Source of the DNA: Octopus vulgaris
Taxonomy: Eukaryota
DNA: 64,000 bases
Reading direction: 5' to 3'
NCBI GenBank assembly: GCA_951406725.2
Contig: OX597817.1
Location: 136,772,001 to 136,836,000, forward strand
Shown here: piece by piece, positions 35,953 through 51,032 of the stretch
Position numbering within the stretch: position 1 is the stretch's first letter
Layout of the letters: every line of letters starts with the position of its first letter
Made by a program: the position numbers and the translations under genes
Notes under the pieces: model-generated
What the model was told of the DNA's origin: nothing
Databases searched by the model: none
What the model saw: the letters and a program-made list of their open reading frames with translations, nothing else

Positions 35953-37224
35953 AATAAGGTCTACATTTTATTCTTTTTTCTCTTTGCCAAAAGTGGAAAT
36001 ATTTTTCCTACTATTTTGAAATATATTTACATGAATATCTTGGAATACCAAATAGTCTTTGTGTTGTTTATGCCGAGCTTAGGTAACTTTGCGATCTGTT
36101 ATTTAAATTTCATTGACTGATAGAAGGTTGTTAAATTTGGTTTTAATTCTCAACTGAACACATAAAAGTTCCTTGTACTTCCATGGTTTCTATTTCTGAA
36201 ATAATTTATTGAAACGGCATAGAGGAGACTATGAAACTTGTGTCTTTTGTGTAAGGAAAACCACCCAATGATATTGAATTATGCTCCAACAAACCCTCCC
36301 AGTTACATGCATTTGGATAAATACAGTTGCTTGATCTTTGAAGCTTCTATTTAGTTGTGGAACCTTTGATAGAAGCTTATTGTCAAAGATGAAACCTACA
36401 TTGGTAAGGTGAATGCTGATAAGGTTTAACTTGACCTTCTGAGGTCAATATCTGGGTGGAAAGGGGTTGGACATGTGGAGAAGAAACGTTGTTAGAAGTA
36501 TTCTAACAATTTTGAACTTATAAACTCATGGGTTGTTAGTACCTTGTCACTATATCCATATGACATGGAAGTGGTTGTGGTGTCTAATCTCTGAGGAGAT
36601 GGTGCTATTCCATTAGATAGTATGCTGAGGTTTCCAAACAGCAACAGAAAATCAACCCTTGTTTTTTAAGTAAGGATGGCACCTAAAACAAACAACCACT
36701 GCCTTGTGAACCCCAAGTTAAGAGAACAGATTTCAGTTTCAGTAAACCATATGCTCTATAGCGTGTGTTGAGTACTCTCGTTATTAACAAACTAACATCT
36801 GATCCCCTCTCTCGCTCACTCTGATACACACACATCACAACACCCAGATAACATGTTGTTTATATGCTGCTATTCTGAAAGTATCTCACAACACTATAAT
36901 GATGGGTGTATGTGTATGTTTTGTGTTTAAGTGTGTGTGTGTGATTAAGTATGTGTTTCATTGTGTGTGTGTGTATATGTATGATTATATATGTATGTGT
37001 GCGTGTGCATATACTGCTGTATAAATATATCACACAAGGACAAAGAATGTTTACTGGAACAATATCATCTTCTGATCTAAAATCATTCAATGCCTCTCTC
37101 TCTCCCCCACCTCTCCCTTTCTCTCTCTCTCTCTCTCTCATTCATGTTGTCTTTCTCACTTGCTCCCCCCTCCATCATGTATTTTGTTTATGTTAGGAAT
37201 TAAACCACTTCTTCACAGTTGGTT

Positions 37225-39390
<2,166 letters not shown>

Positions 39391-39791
39391 AACATGCAGT
39401 CAATCTATTTCTGTTGTTTTTCTTGATTTTTTGCATCAGTCTTGCTTTTCAGTCCAATACAGCTCAGTAGCTTTGGTTGTTGTTGTTGTTGTTGTCATAG
39501 TTGTTAATGATGGTATCATCTTTAGTGCTGTCACTGTTAACGATGATGCTGATGATGTTTGTTGATGTTATAAATGTTTGATGTTGACCAGTCATACATG
39601 TAGACCAAGCCAGTCAGTCATATGTAGATGGTGTATTCACTGTCTTAGAGAGGAGAGGGCACAGTGTGTGTGTGTGGGGGTGGGGACGAGACCTTTGGTG
39701 GTGATAATATTTGTTGTTCTTGTTGTATTGGTGATTGTGATGGGAGAAGTGAAAGGGATCAATCTTGGTAATATTACCAGACAAAGGTAAA

Positions 39792-40010
39792 ATGGTCAGC
39801 TAGCAGAATTGTTAGCATGCTGAGCAAAATGTTTAGCGGCATTTCGTCCATTCTTATTGTTCTCGGTTCAAATTCTGCTGTGGTCAGCTTTGCCTTTCAT
39901 ACCTCCAGGGTCGAAAACATCATTACTAATTGATCACTGGGGTTGATGAGAACAACTTACACACTTCCCTGGGACTGCTGGCCTTGTGCCAAAATTTGAA
40001 ACCAATATTA
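39792..40010 (+). mobile_element. SINE family A
   Basis: CAGCTAGCAGAATTGTTAGCATGC..GGTTCAAATTCTGC..TTTGCCTTTCATACCTCCAGGGTCGAAA..GGCCTTGTGCCAAAATTTGAAACC. Confidence 0.82.
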
Positions 40011-40399
40011 ACATCCCTGGACCCTACATATTGTTGGTGTTTAACCTTGATGAGCAGAACCCCAATCAGTGTTCCACCCATGACCATCCTATCATTTTGT
40101 ATATTTAACACTACATTGTCCAGTGTGTTCTTCTTTTCTTTAAAGTGCTATGTTACAATTTGAGAGAAATTGGCTGCTATTTCTACTGTAAAATTTCTCC
40201 CACTTACTTGGTTTACTATATGCTGACTCTGGACTATTATAGACACCATCTGTTCTTAAACTGTGTCTACTACCACCATTACTGCTACTGTATTATCACC
40301 ATCCTACCTACCTACCAATTCACTCACCTACCATACATAATTTTTGTTCTACTCACTGCACCTGAGAGCAGAAGCAGTGTCCATGCCATAAACTGATCC

Positions 40400-41420
40400 A
40401 CCAGGATAAGTGAGATTTTTGCCATTAAAATTCTTGTTGCAAGTTGACACCTGTTGGTGGTGTGGAGTGGAATGCAGTTTCAGAAGGTTGAGTGTCTGGG
40501 GAGGAAGGACTGCTGCAGCGAGCATAGGGCACTAGAAGTAGAGTTCACACTGGGAAAATGGGAAGAGAAAAGATGATTGAGTGCATGAGTGGTGATGACA
40601 CATGAGCAGAAAGTTCTGAACAGTAGAATTCGTAGAAGAGACAGAGAGTGGAGACATTGTCCATTATCTATGGTCTGCTGACTGGAGCATTTAATGACCA
40701 TCATTTGAGTTTCTTTTCTCCAGATATGGTCTAGGATATCTGTAAGTGTAATAACAATGCCCTTCCTGTTGTAAGGAGTGCATTCTTTTGTGGGTTTCAC
40801 CTAAAGTTTGTTGAGGGTTTTTAATAGCTGAAATATTTTCTGGCTCCAAGGAAAAGAGTTGCGATGAAGTATTAGTTAAGGGCAAGTGTTTGCCAGATGT
40901 TTGGTGGGTGAGACCCTGGCATTTGAAGCTCTTGGTAGAGTTTTATGTACATAATGATCATGTTAAAGTGTGGTGTAGTGCAATAATGTTTAATTGGTAT
41001 GAGTGGTGCCTGTGGTTTTTTTTGGTTTTTTTTGGCCATTGAAAGAGACAAAGTTGTCCTGGCCTCACTAAAATTTGTTGAGGGTCTTTAATAGCTGAAA
41101 TATTTTCTGGCTCAGTGGAAATTTGACCTGAGAGAATATAAGGAGGGAATGAAGGGTAGTATCACCTATGTATGATGCATTCTTGGACATGATTGCAAGT
41201 AAGTCATTGATGTATTGAAAGAAGCGAGTGGAGACAAAACCCAAATGCTGGGACATTTGATATTTGATAGAATGCTGGTCAGTGCTTCGTCAACTCACAT
41301 CACAATAGCATGACCTGATAGGAAGATACCAGTTCAAGAGATGAGGAATGGATGGAGCCAATGAGGAGGTAGTTTTGATGAGCAGCATGTCCCACACTCG
41401 GGCATAGTTGAAAAATTCTT
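40400..41420 (-). mobile_element. CR1/L2-group (Crack/Daphne-like) LINE reverse transcriptase fragment
   Basis: STRFFQYINDLLAIMSKNASYIGDTTLHS (cf. SPTLFLLYINDL..YADDTTL). Upstream RVWxxLLxKLP and VRVD traces; downstream SLSL(F)Y-like C-terminal trace. Confidence 0.75.
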
Positions 41421-41968
41421 CAACGTGTGTTTATATACATGCACACATATAAAATGTATTTACACACACACACACACAATCTAATGACTGAACAAGTAAA
41501 AGATAAACGCTATAAAATGAGCACTCACTTCTGGGTGCATGCTTACTGATATCTGAAACAGCTGTAAGCTAATCAAAGCAATTATGTAATTTGGGTTCTT
41601 TTGTCATTCCTTAAATAATTTCACTCTCTGTATTAAGCCTGAAGCTTTACTGTAAAATAGATTAGAGTTCTAGCATCTAGTTATTAGTATTGCTATTGCC
41701 AAGTGAAATCAATATATATAAATACACACACACACGCACACACGTATGTGTGTGTGTGTTACTATGTCATCTTGACACTGTATGACAGTTTTAAGCAAGT
41801 GTCACCATCATCAAAACAGGTGCCCTTTATTTCCAATTTCCCCTTAAGAAATAACTGGCCGTGGGGAGATATTACCCATGACAAGCTTTTTTCACTTTCC
41901 ATAATGTTAAAGACATGCAGCAAATTTCTTACCACACAGCCACACATGTGCACACACACACACACAAT

Positions 41969-42043
<75 letters not shown>

Positions 42044-42105
42044 GCATACACATAAACAATTGTATGTATTATATTTATATATAGGACATCATCATCATCT
42101 TTTAA

Positions 42106-43285
42106 CCCTCGCCGTATTGATTAAATTTTTGCATACTGACATGCAGCTACTGAATTAATTCGTTAAAATTGGCTGAAATTGACTTTCCTAAGTTATTTGC
42201 ACAAATACAAACTAAAACCTGTTTTTTGATCCCAATCAGTAATTCTTGTACTCAAATATAATACCTTGCTTCACATACAACAATCAAACATTTGTGTGTT
42301 GTATAAGGAATCATTAAAGCCAGCATCATAAGGGTCAGTCAGTCTGATTCAAAACTGCAATCATTGTTCGTCAAGTGAACCAGTGGATGTGGTATCTCTC
42401 AAAGCAGGTATCAATGGATTTCCAGTGGTTTTTCACACACTCTTAGCACCTGTATCTTGGTTCTACATGCTTGCACAAAGTACTGGGTTTATCAGGTGAA
42501 GAAAAAGACTCAGCCATCTTTTCACAGTTTTTCTTTTGAAGGTTCAAATATTTACATATTTGGTCAGTGATCAGCATTTCCCATGTGGTCAACTTTGTAA
42601 TTGACATAGTTGTCATCAATACAGATTTTTCTAAACTGTTTCCTAAAAACAGCGTAATAAGGGCCCAGATGTGCCTCAGGTTTCTCACTACCAGGATCAG
42701 GATTATAGTTATCACCCAAATACACATCAAAGTCACATGTGTAGCCCAACTAATTTTCATACAACAGAATTTGATTCTAAAACTTTATAGCTTTTGGGGA
42801 ATATTCTGTGTAAATTTCAAGTATCCTTTAAAGAGTATCATACCTTCATCAATGCACTGGGTTTTTCCATGGCAGTAAACATTATGTAACCAGGATGTGA
42901 TAACGTTGTAGATCAGCCTCTAAACTGGATCATAAATGGGGCGTCATTCCTTTCGTGGAAATGATGACTTTATGAATCTATCCTCCAAATGCCAGTGTAC
43001 ACTCAATTTTGTCTATGGTCTGGTATACACCATGTGCTCACTTGTCCATCATCCCCACCCACCACCTGGACATTGTCAAGCCAAGAAATTTCCTCTCTCC
43101 ATCTTTGCAAGTGTCACACCATGAAGTCATATGAGCATGGACTTTTGATTTTTCTAATAAACTGATTTGATGGAAGTATTGATTGGTTTCAGTTTGCAAT
43201 TAGTTCATATTTTGTGTTTTTTCATGAAAAAAGATTGAATGAAATATGGGTTCTACCATGGGACCAGTTCAGCTGCATAGAATTA
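42106..43285 (-). mobile_element. Deleted, decayed piggyBac transposon
   Basis: TTAA|CCCT left end (42102-42109). Minus-strand CIDEGMILFKGYLKFTQNIPQK (first catalytic D motif), GYTCDFDVYLG, and C-terminal Cys-rich RYRC*EC..DTCFERYH. Right end uncertain (TTAA at 43286-43289). Confidence 0.85.
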
Positions 43286-43569
43286 TTAACCTGAAGTAAT
43301 AGCATTCCTAACTCTGCCAAACTGCTTCTAATTATTAGCTGCTACACATTCAGAACAACCTCCTCCTCCTCCCAGCTAATTTGGTCCCCTAGGTAGCAGA
43401 AACTGTCTAAGGCCACCCCTGGATATTTAAGGAAGTCTATTTCTTGTACAATCTAAGTGTTTATAATTCCTGCACATCTGCCTCATGCGAAAACTTCTTT
43501 CTCTGTTAACCACTCACTGCACCATAGCTTGCATTGGGTACCTACATCTTTTCAGGCCATTTCCCTGAA

Positions 43570-43920
43570 GGTATTAGTAAGTCTGCTTTGCAACTATATG
43601 GTTCCTGGTTCAGTCCCACTATGTGGCACCTCAGGCCTGAGTCTTCTACTATAAACCTGGGCTGACCAATGCCTTGTGAGTGAAGTTGGGTGAAGGAAAC
43701 TGTGTGGAAGTCCATATGTATATTTGTGTGTCTTTGTGTTTGTTCCCAATCTCACTGCTTGACAACTGGTTTTGATTTGTTTATTTCCCCGTGATTTTGT
43801 GGTTCAGCAAAAGAAATTGTCTAAATATGTTCCAGGTTTAAAAAAGAATTATTCAGCTAAACCTTCCATGAGTGCACTGTCCTTGCCTGGCTTCTGACCA
43901 ATGACTGAAGTAAAAGATAA
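43570..43920 (+). mobile_element. SINE family B, diverged
   Basis: GGTTCCTGGTTCAGTCCCACT..GTCTTCTACTATA..GCCTTGTGAGTG..GCTTGACAACTGG..AATGACTGAAGTAAAAGA. Confidence 0.75.
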
Positions 43921-44147
43921 TTTATATATATATGACATGTTTCTATCCATTTCTATTTCTAAAATGTGCTCATAAGACTTTTGTCAGCCCATAGCTTGAG
44001 TAGAAGACACATGACTATGATTTTGTGCTGTAAAACTGAAGGCAAAGCAATGTTAATGGGTATCAAATGTTTTAAGCACACGGCTGTGCCTACTCCTCAC
44101 ATATGATATAAATATATGTAAAGCATATACATAATGCATATATATAT

Positions 44148-44547
44148 ACTCTTTACTCTTTTACTTGTTTCAGTCATTTGACTGCGGCCATGCTGGAGCA
44201 CCGCCTTTAGTCGAGCAAATCGACCCCAGGACTTATTCTTTGTAAGCCCAGTACTTATTCTATCGGTCTCTTTTGCCGAACCGCTAAGTGATGGGGACGT
44301 AAACAGACCAGCATCGGTTGTCAAGCAATGCTAGAGGGACAAACACAGACACACAAACATATACATATATATATACATATATATACGACAGGCTTCTTTC
44401 AGTTTCCATCTACCAAATCCACTCGCAAAGCTTTGGTCGGCCCTAGGCTATAGCAGAAGACACTTGCCCAAGATGCCACGCAGTGGGACTGAACCCGGAA
44501 CCATGTGGTTGGTTAGCAAGCTACTTACCACACAGCCACTCCTGCTC
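44148..44547 (-). mobile_element. SINE family B, full-length young copy
   Basis: Nearly identical to 15770-16177 over ~400 bp; embedded in (TA)n. Confidence 0.92.
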
Positions 44548-44717
44548 CTATATATATATATAAAACAGAAGAAAAGAAAATGGAGATTGAGAAGTTAAAA
44601 ATTTTTTAGTATTAACAGCAAATTAATCATCATCCTTTATGTGCACATATATGCATCTGTATATATAATTTACTGTAAATATAATTGTGTGTATGTGTGT
44701 GTGTGTGTGTGTGTGTG

Positions 44718-45510
44718 ATGTCTTCAGGCTGGATTTGACAGTTTGGTTAAATAAAAAGAAAACACAAAATCCCATATAAAAATTGAAGTATTTTGAAAAG
44801 TAAGAAGAAATCAAGTGTATTATGGCCGAGAGGTAAGTTTACTCAGCTTCCATTATGGCTTCAGAGATGACTCTGGAACCTAGCAGCACATGCATTCTTC
44901 ACTGTATCTCTGAGATCTTTGAACCCCACCTTAATCTTAAGCACAAGATTGTCCTTGGTGTTGCAGGCAGAGCAGCTGGTGCCTTTCTCAACCGTGATCC
45001 ACACATGGTAATCTGCAGGGTAACAATCTCAGGAGAATTAGGAGATCAAAAATTGGGGCTGGTGAAGTTGTAGAAATTCTCTGACAACTGCTTTTTACTC
45101 TTTCTGGTGGTATGGCAAGGAGCCAAATCCTGCTGCCACACATATGGTCTTCTAACAGCAACACTCTCCAGGCAGGGTTTGACCACAACCTCCAGCAGCT
45201 TCATATAGCTATCTGAAATGAGCGGAAGGCTCTGTTCAAAGATGTTAGGTGGCACGATGCCTCCCTTACTGGAGACACAACCAAGGAGCATTCCAGTTAA
45301 AGGGAATTTGGTTTTCGCGATGCCCATGCCCTGTCTTACAGCCTTTATGATGTTCACAGAGCATTGAGCAGCGGTCATGATGCTGGCATTTTGATACCCA
45401 GCATCAATTATCATGATACAGCTAACTCTTTCCCTATATTCAAAGATGCGTCCAGTCCTCCATGTCACCTGTTCCTAAAAAAAAAAATCAAAAAAAAATC
45501 AGCTTTATCC
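44718..45510 (-). mobile_element. Internally deleted DD37D (maT-type) transposon, copy 2
   Basis: ORF 45046-45468: TKFPLTGMLLGCVSSKG..PPNIFEQ..YMKLLEVVVKP..YVWQQDLAPCHT..NFTSPNF, then *SPNSP(D)CYPADYHVW after removing a 2-nt insertion, giving 37 residues between the 2nd and 3rd D. Degenerate inverted ends. Confidence 0.85.
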
Positions 45511-45695
45511 TGAAATACGTGCGTGTGTGTGTGTGTGTATATATGCATATGTATTTGTATACATGTGTATATGCATTGTGTATATATATGTGTACATGTA
45601 TTCGTGTATATATATATATATATGTTTGTGTGTGTATATATGTAGTGTATGTATATATGAATATGTAGGTATATATAAATACATGTGTGTATGTA

Positions 45696-45726
<31 letters not shown>

Positions 45727-46526
45727 TTATATAATTCTATACTTTTGAAGGAAAATATATATATAAATGTGTGTGTGTGTATATATATATATATGTGTAT
45801 ATATATGTGTGTATGTGTGTGTGCATGTATATATGTATAATTCTATACCTTTCAATACATATATATATATAAATAATTCTATTCCTTTGAATATATATAT
45901 ATATGTATAATATGTATTATAAATCTGTGTATATGTTTGTGCAGATATATGTGGTTATGTATCTACACATACACACACATATATAAATGTGTGTGTGTGT
46001 GTGTGTGTGCACGCGCTTGAACATATAAGAGCAACTGTTTTCTTTATTTTCCTTTCTGTTGCATGTTGTAGTAATTACTGCTAAAACCATTTCTAGTTAT
46101 TTGTCTATGAAGGTCTAGTCACGTTAGTACTGCTGCTGTTGTTGTTGTTGTTGTTGTTGTTGTCCAGTCTACTGTTAGATTCCTCCTACAACATCAGGGT
46201 CCCTTGTCTCCTTGGTGATAGGACAGATATGAAAACAGTTCTGCTTGGTGTCAACACAATCTATTTATGATGTTGGCTAGTGTAAATACTGACTCATCTC
46301 ACTCTGCACTCTCTCCTCTCTTTATTCAACCCCCCCTCTCCTTCTTACTTCTCTCTCTCTTTCTCTCTTTTTCTTCCCTTACCACTCCTTTGTCTATACA
46401 TCTCTTCCTTTCTGTCAATATCTCTCTTCCTCTCTTTATAAACACAGGCACACATACACATACACTCACATGCACATAGTGAAACAAATGAAAGGCTACT
46501 TGTGTATGTATATAAATGTGTGTGTG

Positions 46527-46558
<32 letters not shown>

Positions 46559-46568
46559 CTACATAGAT

Positions 46569-46606
<38 letters not shown>

Positions 46607-47045
46607 ACACACACACACACACACGCGTGTGCACGCACACACATACACACATGCACAGGCACATATTTTCTTTTCTGTTATGAAAGTAACACATTCTGTA
46701 AATAAAAGCCAAAAACTCCACCTGATATACACTCTCTTATTCTCTCTCCTGCTTTTCTTACTTATTTTTCTCTCTCTCAAGGGAGGGGGTGTTTCTTTTT
46801 GTTTGTGTTATTCCTCCCTCTACTGCCATTCCAAAACTTCTCCCTCTGTCTTTCTTGAAGTCCTCTCTCTCTCTCTCTCTCTCCTACCCCCATACCTTCC
46901 AACCTATATCCCTAGGCTCCCTTCCACCTCCTCTCTCACTATTTACCCCCACAACTTCCACTTAGATACTGTTTACTCTTCTTTGGTCTCTGGCTCTGGC
47001 CACTAGCCTGACTGACTGAAAATATACACTGCAGCCATTCCTTAC

Positions 47046-47105
<60 letters not shown>

Positions 47106-48666
47106 AGATGGTTTTTCATTTCTTCTGTCCATCTGTCTGTTTGATTGTCAGTTTCTCTGTCTGCCTGCCTGCCTGATTCTCTGTCTGGCTGTCAGCCAGT
47201 CAGTCTGTGCCTATGTCTCAATCCAGTTGTCTGTTTGTCTGTCTGCCTGTCTGGCTAGCAAACTAGCTGGCAGGCTGTCTGGCTGGCTGGCTGGCTTTCA
47301 TGGCCAGTCAGCTGGATGAAGGTTATGGATGGACAGAAAGTTACATGGACGATAACAGATGACTGAGTAGCCATTATCAAACATTTCCTAAGTCTCCTTT
47401 CTTTCTACAGAATTATGGTACCACCAGTTTTAGACAGGTAGTGTACTTTTACTTTCAACAAACTTTCCTTTTTTCTCTACAGCCTCCAACTCCTACCACC
47501 AATCTTATACCATGGGAAAGATTTGTGGTGGTGTAGGGGCTGGGGTTGGGGGGTGGGGGCATTGGTCACTCAAATCTTTGGGAATCTTTTTTGTTTCATG
47601 TATTTTGTTCTGTTGTTTATACATATTTTTTTTTATGAACAGGAATATTTTCATACTTTGTAAATTCTCTTCAACGTGTAATCTTTTTGGATTTTTTTTT
47701 GCATAAATATAAATTCTATGCATATTAACATACCTGAACATGCATGCCCATAGTTACAACTACACATCTATGTGTATATATTATATATATATGTATATTT
47801 AAAATGATTTTTGTTATATCTATTTAGTTATATACACCCACCAAACAATACTGTTTGTGTGTAATATCTGATGAAATACCGTGAATTTCAAATATACTTA
47901 CAAATATATTTCTTCTGCAGAAACCAAAACCTAATTGCCTGTTAATTTCATAGTGATATTTCAATTAAATTTTCATTAAACACTAAAGGAAAGTTTAATT
48001 TTTTTTATATATATGTTCTCATTCCCACTTTTACTGCTTCACTTCCATATACACAATTTATTATTTCATAAACCCATCTTTTATTTACTTTTCTGACGAA
48101 CTCTGGTTTGTTTTCAGTTTTTTTATTATAATGAAAAATAGGCTATAATTTTAACTGTGTGTGTGTGTATAAATGTGTGTGAATACTAATGTGTATGTAT
48201 GTTTGTGTGTGTATATAAATATTTGTGTGTCTGTGTGTCACAATACTTATGTATGTATGTATGTATGTGTTTGTTTGTGTGTGTGTGTGTATATATAATA
48301 CACATACATGTACACATGCACATATATGTCACCATGAGTGCATGATGTGCAGACTAGTGGGTTTTTTAAAAATTCTTAAATGGTTTATAAGTTTATATCT
48401 CATGTCACATGTTAACTTTTCTACTTAATTGCTATCCTGTTTGGTCACTGAAAGTAGGGGGTAATTTGTTTAGTATATATATATATATATATATATATAT
48501 AAGATATATGTGTAATTAGTGTGTGCATGTATGTATGTGGGTGCATGTATGCATATGAATATCTGAAATGTGTGTGTGTGTGTAAATATAGGTGAGTGTG
48601 TATAAACGCTCAGAAAGTTACCATTGGTTTCATGTTTACTATTGCACTTTTGTATGTGTATATATA

Positions 48667-48738
<72 letters not shown>

Positions 48739-49212
48739 TTATATATGTAGCTAATATACATTAACAATAAAGGCTTCTCCCCGGCATAGTTGTCTGACTG
48801 TAATAGATAGTTGTACGACTTAGTACACGTGAGCAAATGAAGTTATTCACAGTTAGAAATGAATGCAGAATTTTGATTAAACTTGACAGCAAACTTCTAC
48901 AAATAATTCTCATCAATTGATACGTTTTATCTTTAACTTCTCTGATACTTTTAAATATACTTTTCCTACATTTTTGTTACTACATGTTAAAAAAAATCTC
49001 CCCCCTCCCAACACCTCTCTGTCACTCACACATATTTGTATGGGGATATATATGTATGTGTGTGTGTGTGGATATGTATGCGCATGTATGTGTGTATCTG
49101 TGTGTATGCATATTTATCTCTCTGTACATAAATATATACATAAATATGTATATATGTGTGTGCGTGTGCTTGTATGAATATACATGTGTGTGTGTGTATT
49201 TGTGTTAGATAG

Positions 49213-49640
49213 GCCTTGAATACTGGAATCGTCTTCAAAAGTTCAAACTTTATTCTCTCCATTGCCATCATGAGCGCCAATATTATTTGTACAATGTGGA
49301 AAATATTCCCAAAAAGTTTACGAATCATCCAAGGTTTGACCCTCAGAGCCACGTGCCCCTACAAAAATCAAACTCCCATCACATCACCACAATACGGCTT
49401 GGTTTTTTTACTCCAAATCGTTCTGCCCTATTCAACCAAACATCATGATAGAAGTCAAAGGAGAAAATGGTACCTGGATAAATTTGTTTAAGAAATACCG
49501 GACAAACCACTATCAAACTGGATATATCTCAGCAGACAGCGCCTCCCTATTTGAATGAGTTATGATGTCCTGAAATATGTCTTAAAACACTGCCCCATGT
49601 AGTTAGACAAGGCCTGGACCAATAATGGGCAAAATCTAAG
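49213..49640 (+). mobile_element. CR1-group LINE 3' end
   Basis: GLEYWNRLQKFKLYSLHCHHER..IICTMWKIF (cf. YWERLxxLxLYSLERRRERYxIIYxWKI) and KWYLDKFV*EIPDKP (cf. LDKFLxxIPDxP). Confidence 0.85.
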
Positions 49641-49778
49641 TTGACCCTCTGTCAAGTGTTTTGCATTTGGAAGGACACCTAGCTGTAGAAATCATGAAAA
49701 ATGTTGAATAATGATATATACACATGTTGCTTTGTGTATATAATGTCTGTCTATCTATCTATCTATCTACCTATGTGT

Positions 49779-49818
<40 letters not shown>

Positions 49819-50319
49819 ATATATATATGTCAATATGCCTATATAAATATATTCTGAATATACGTACATACATGCATACGTGTGTGTGTGTGTGTGTATG
49901 TACATGTATACGATCTACACATAGTGTGTGCGATATAAGTTTTTGAGTCGGTGTGAAACTTTGCAAGTGTGTATGAAGTACTTTGATGCCCCACCTCCTC
50001 CCCAAAAAAGAGCTGAAGTTCAATGCTGTGCAAGATCCCTACTAGGCCCTGTATAATTGATTTCTTTTTACCTGTTTCAGTCATTTGGTTGTGGCCACGC
50101 TGGGCCTCTCTACCTGGAAGGCTTTTCTTACTTCAGCAAATCAACTTCAGTCATAGTGTCACTTCAATTCATGTCTGTTTTGCCAAACTGCTAAATTATA
50201 GGAATGTAAACGAACCTACACCCGCTGTCAAGTTTGGAGACATAAACATGTACCCACATGCATTCTCAAATGTGTGTGTATACATGAATATGTATATATA
50301 TATGTATATATATATACAT

Positions 50320-50445
50320 AGAAACACTGCCAGGTCAGACTGGAGCCTGGTGCAGCCTCCTGGCTTCCCAGATCCCCGGTTGAACCGTCCAACCCATGCT
50401 AGCATGGAGAACGGACGTTAAATGATGATAATGATGATGATGATA
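50320..50445 (+). mobile_element. Family D 3' tail ending in (GAT)n
   Basis: GAAACACTGCCAGGTCAGACTGGAGCCTGGTGCAGCC..CCAACCCATGCTAGCATGGAGAACGGACGTTAAATGATGAT. Confidence 0.85.
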
Positions 50446-50985
50446 TATATATATATATGTATATAAATATATATATATATATATATATCTGTGTGTGCGT
50501 GTGTGTATATATCTGTAATGACATACATGTTACATGTATGTCATTACAGATTAAGAGTCACAAAGTTATATATGTAGAAAAATGTATATAATCTCCATAA
50601 TCCTTTCAGCTTCACAATGACACAACTCAGAATATACACTATATGTATGTGTGTGTGTGTGCGTATGTGTACACAGATACATACACCTATGTACGCTATA
50701 TATTTATAAAGTATATTTTTATATGCATATATATATACACATGTATACATAGACATTTCTTACAATAATAATAGTAATAATAATAATAATAATATTAATA
50801 ACGATAATTACTTCATGATGATGATGATCATAATATATACACCCATTTACAAACATATATACACATTCACAGACACATATTACAATTATACATACATACA
50901 TATATATCTGTGATTTATATATAAATTTGTGTGTGTGTGTACGCGTATAAATATATATGTTTATATACATATATCTCACTATCAA

Positions 50986-51032
<47 letters not shown>

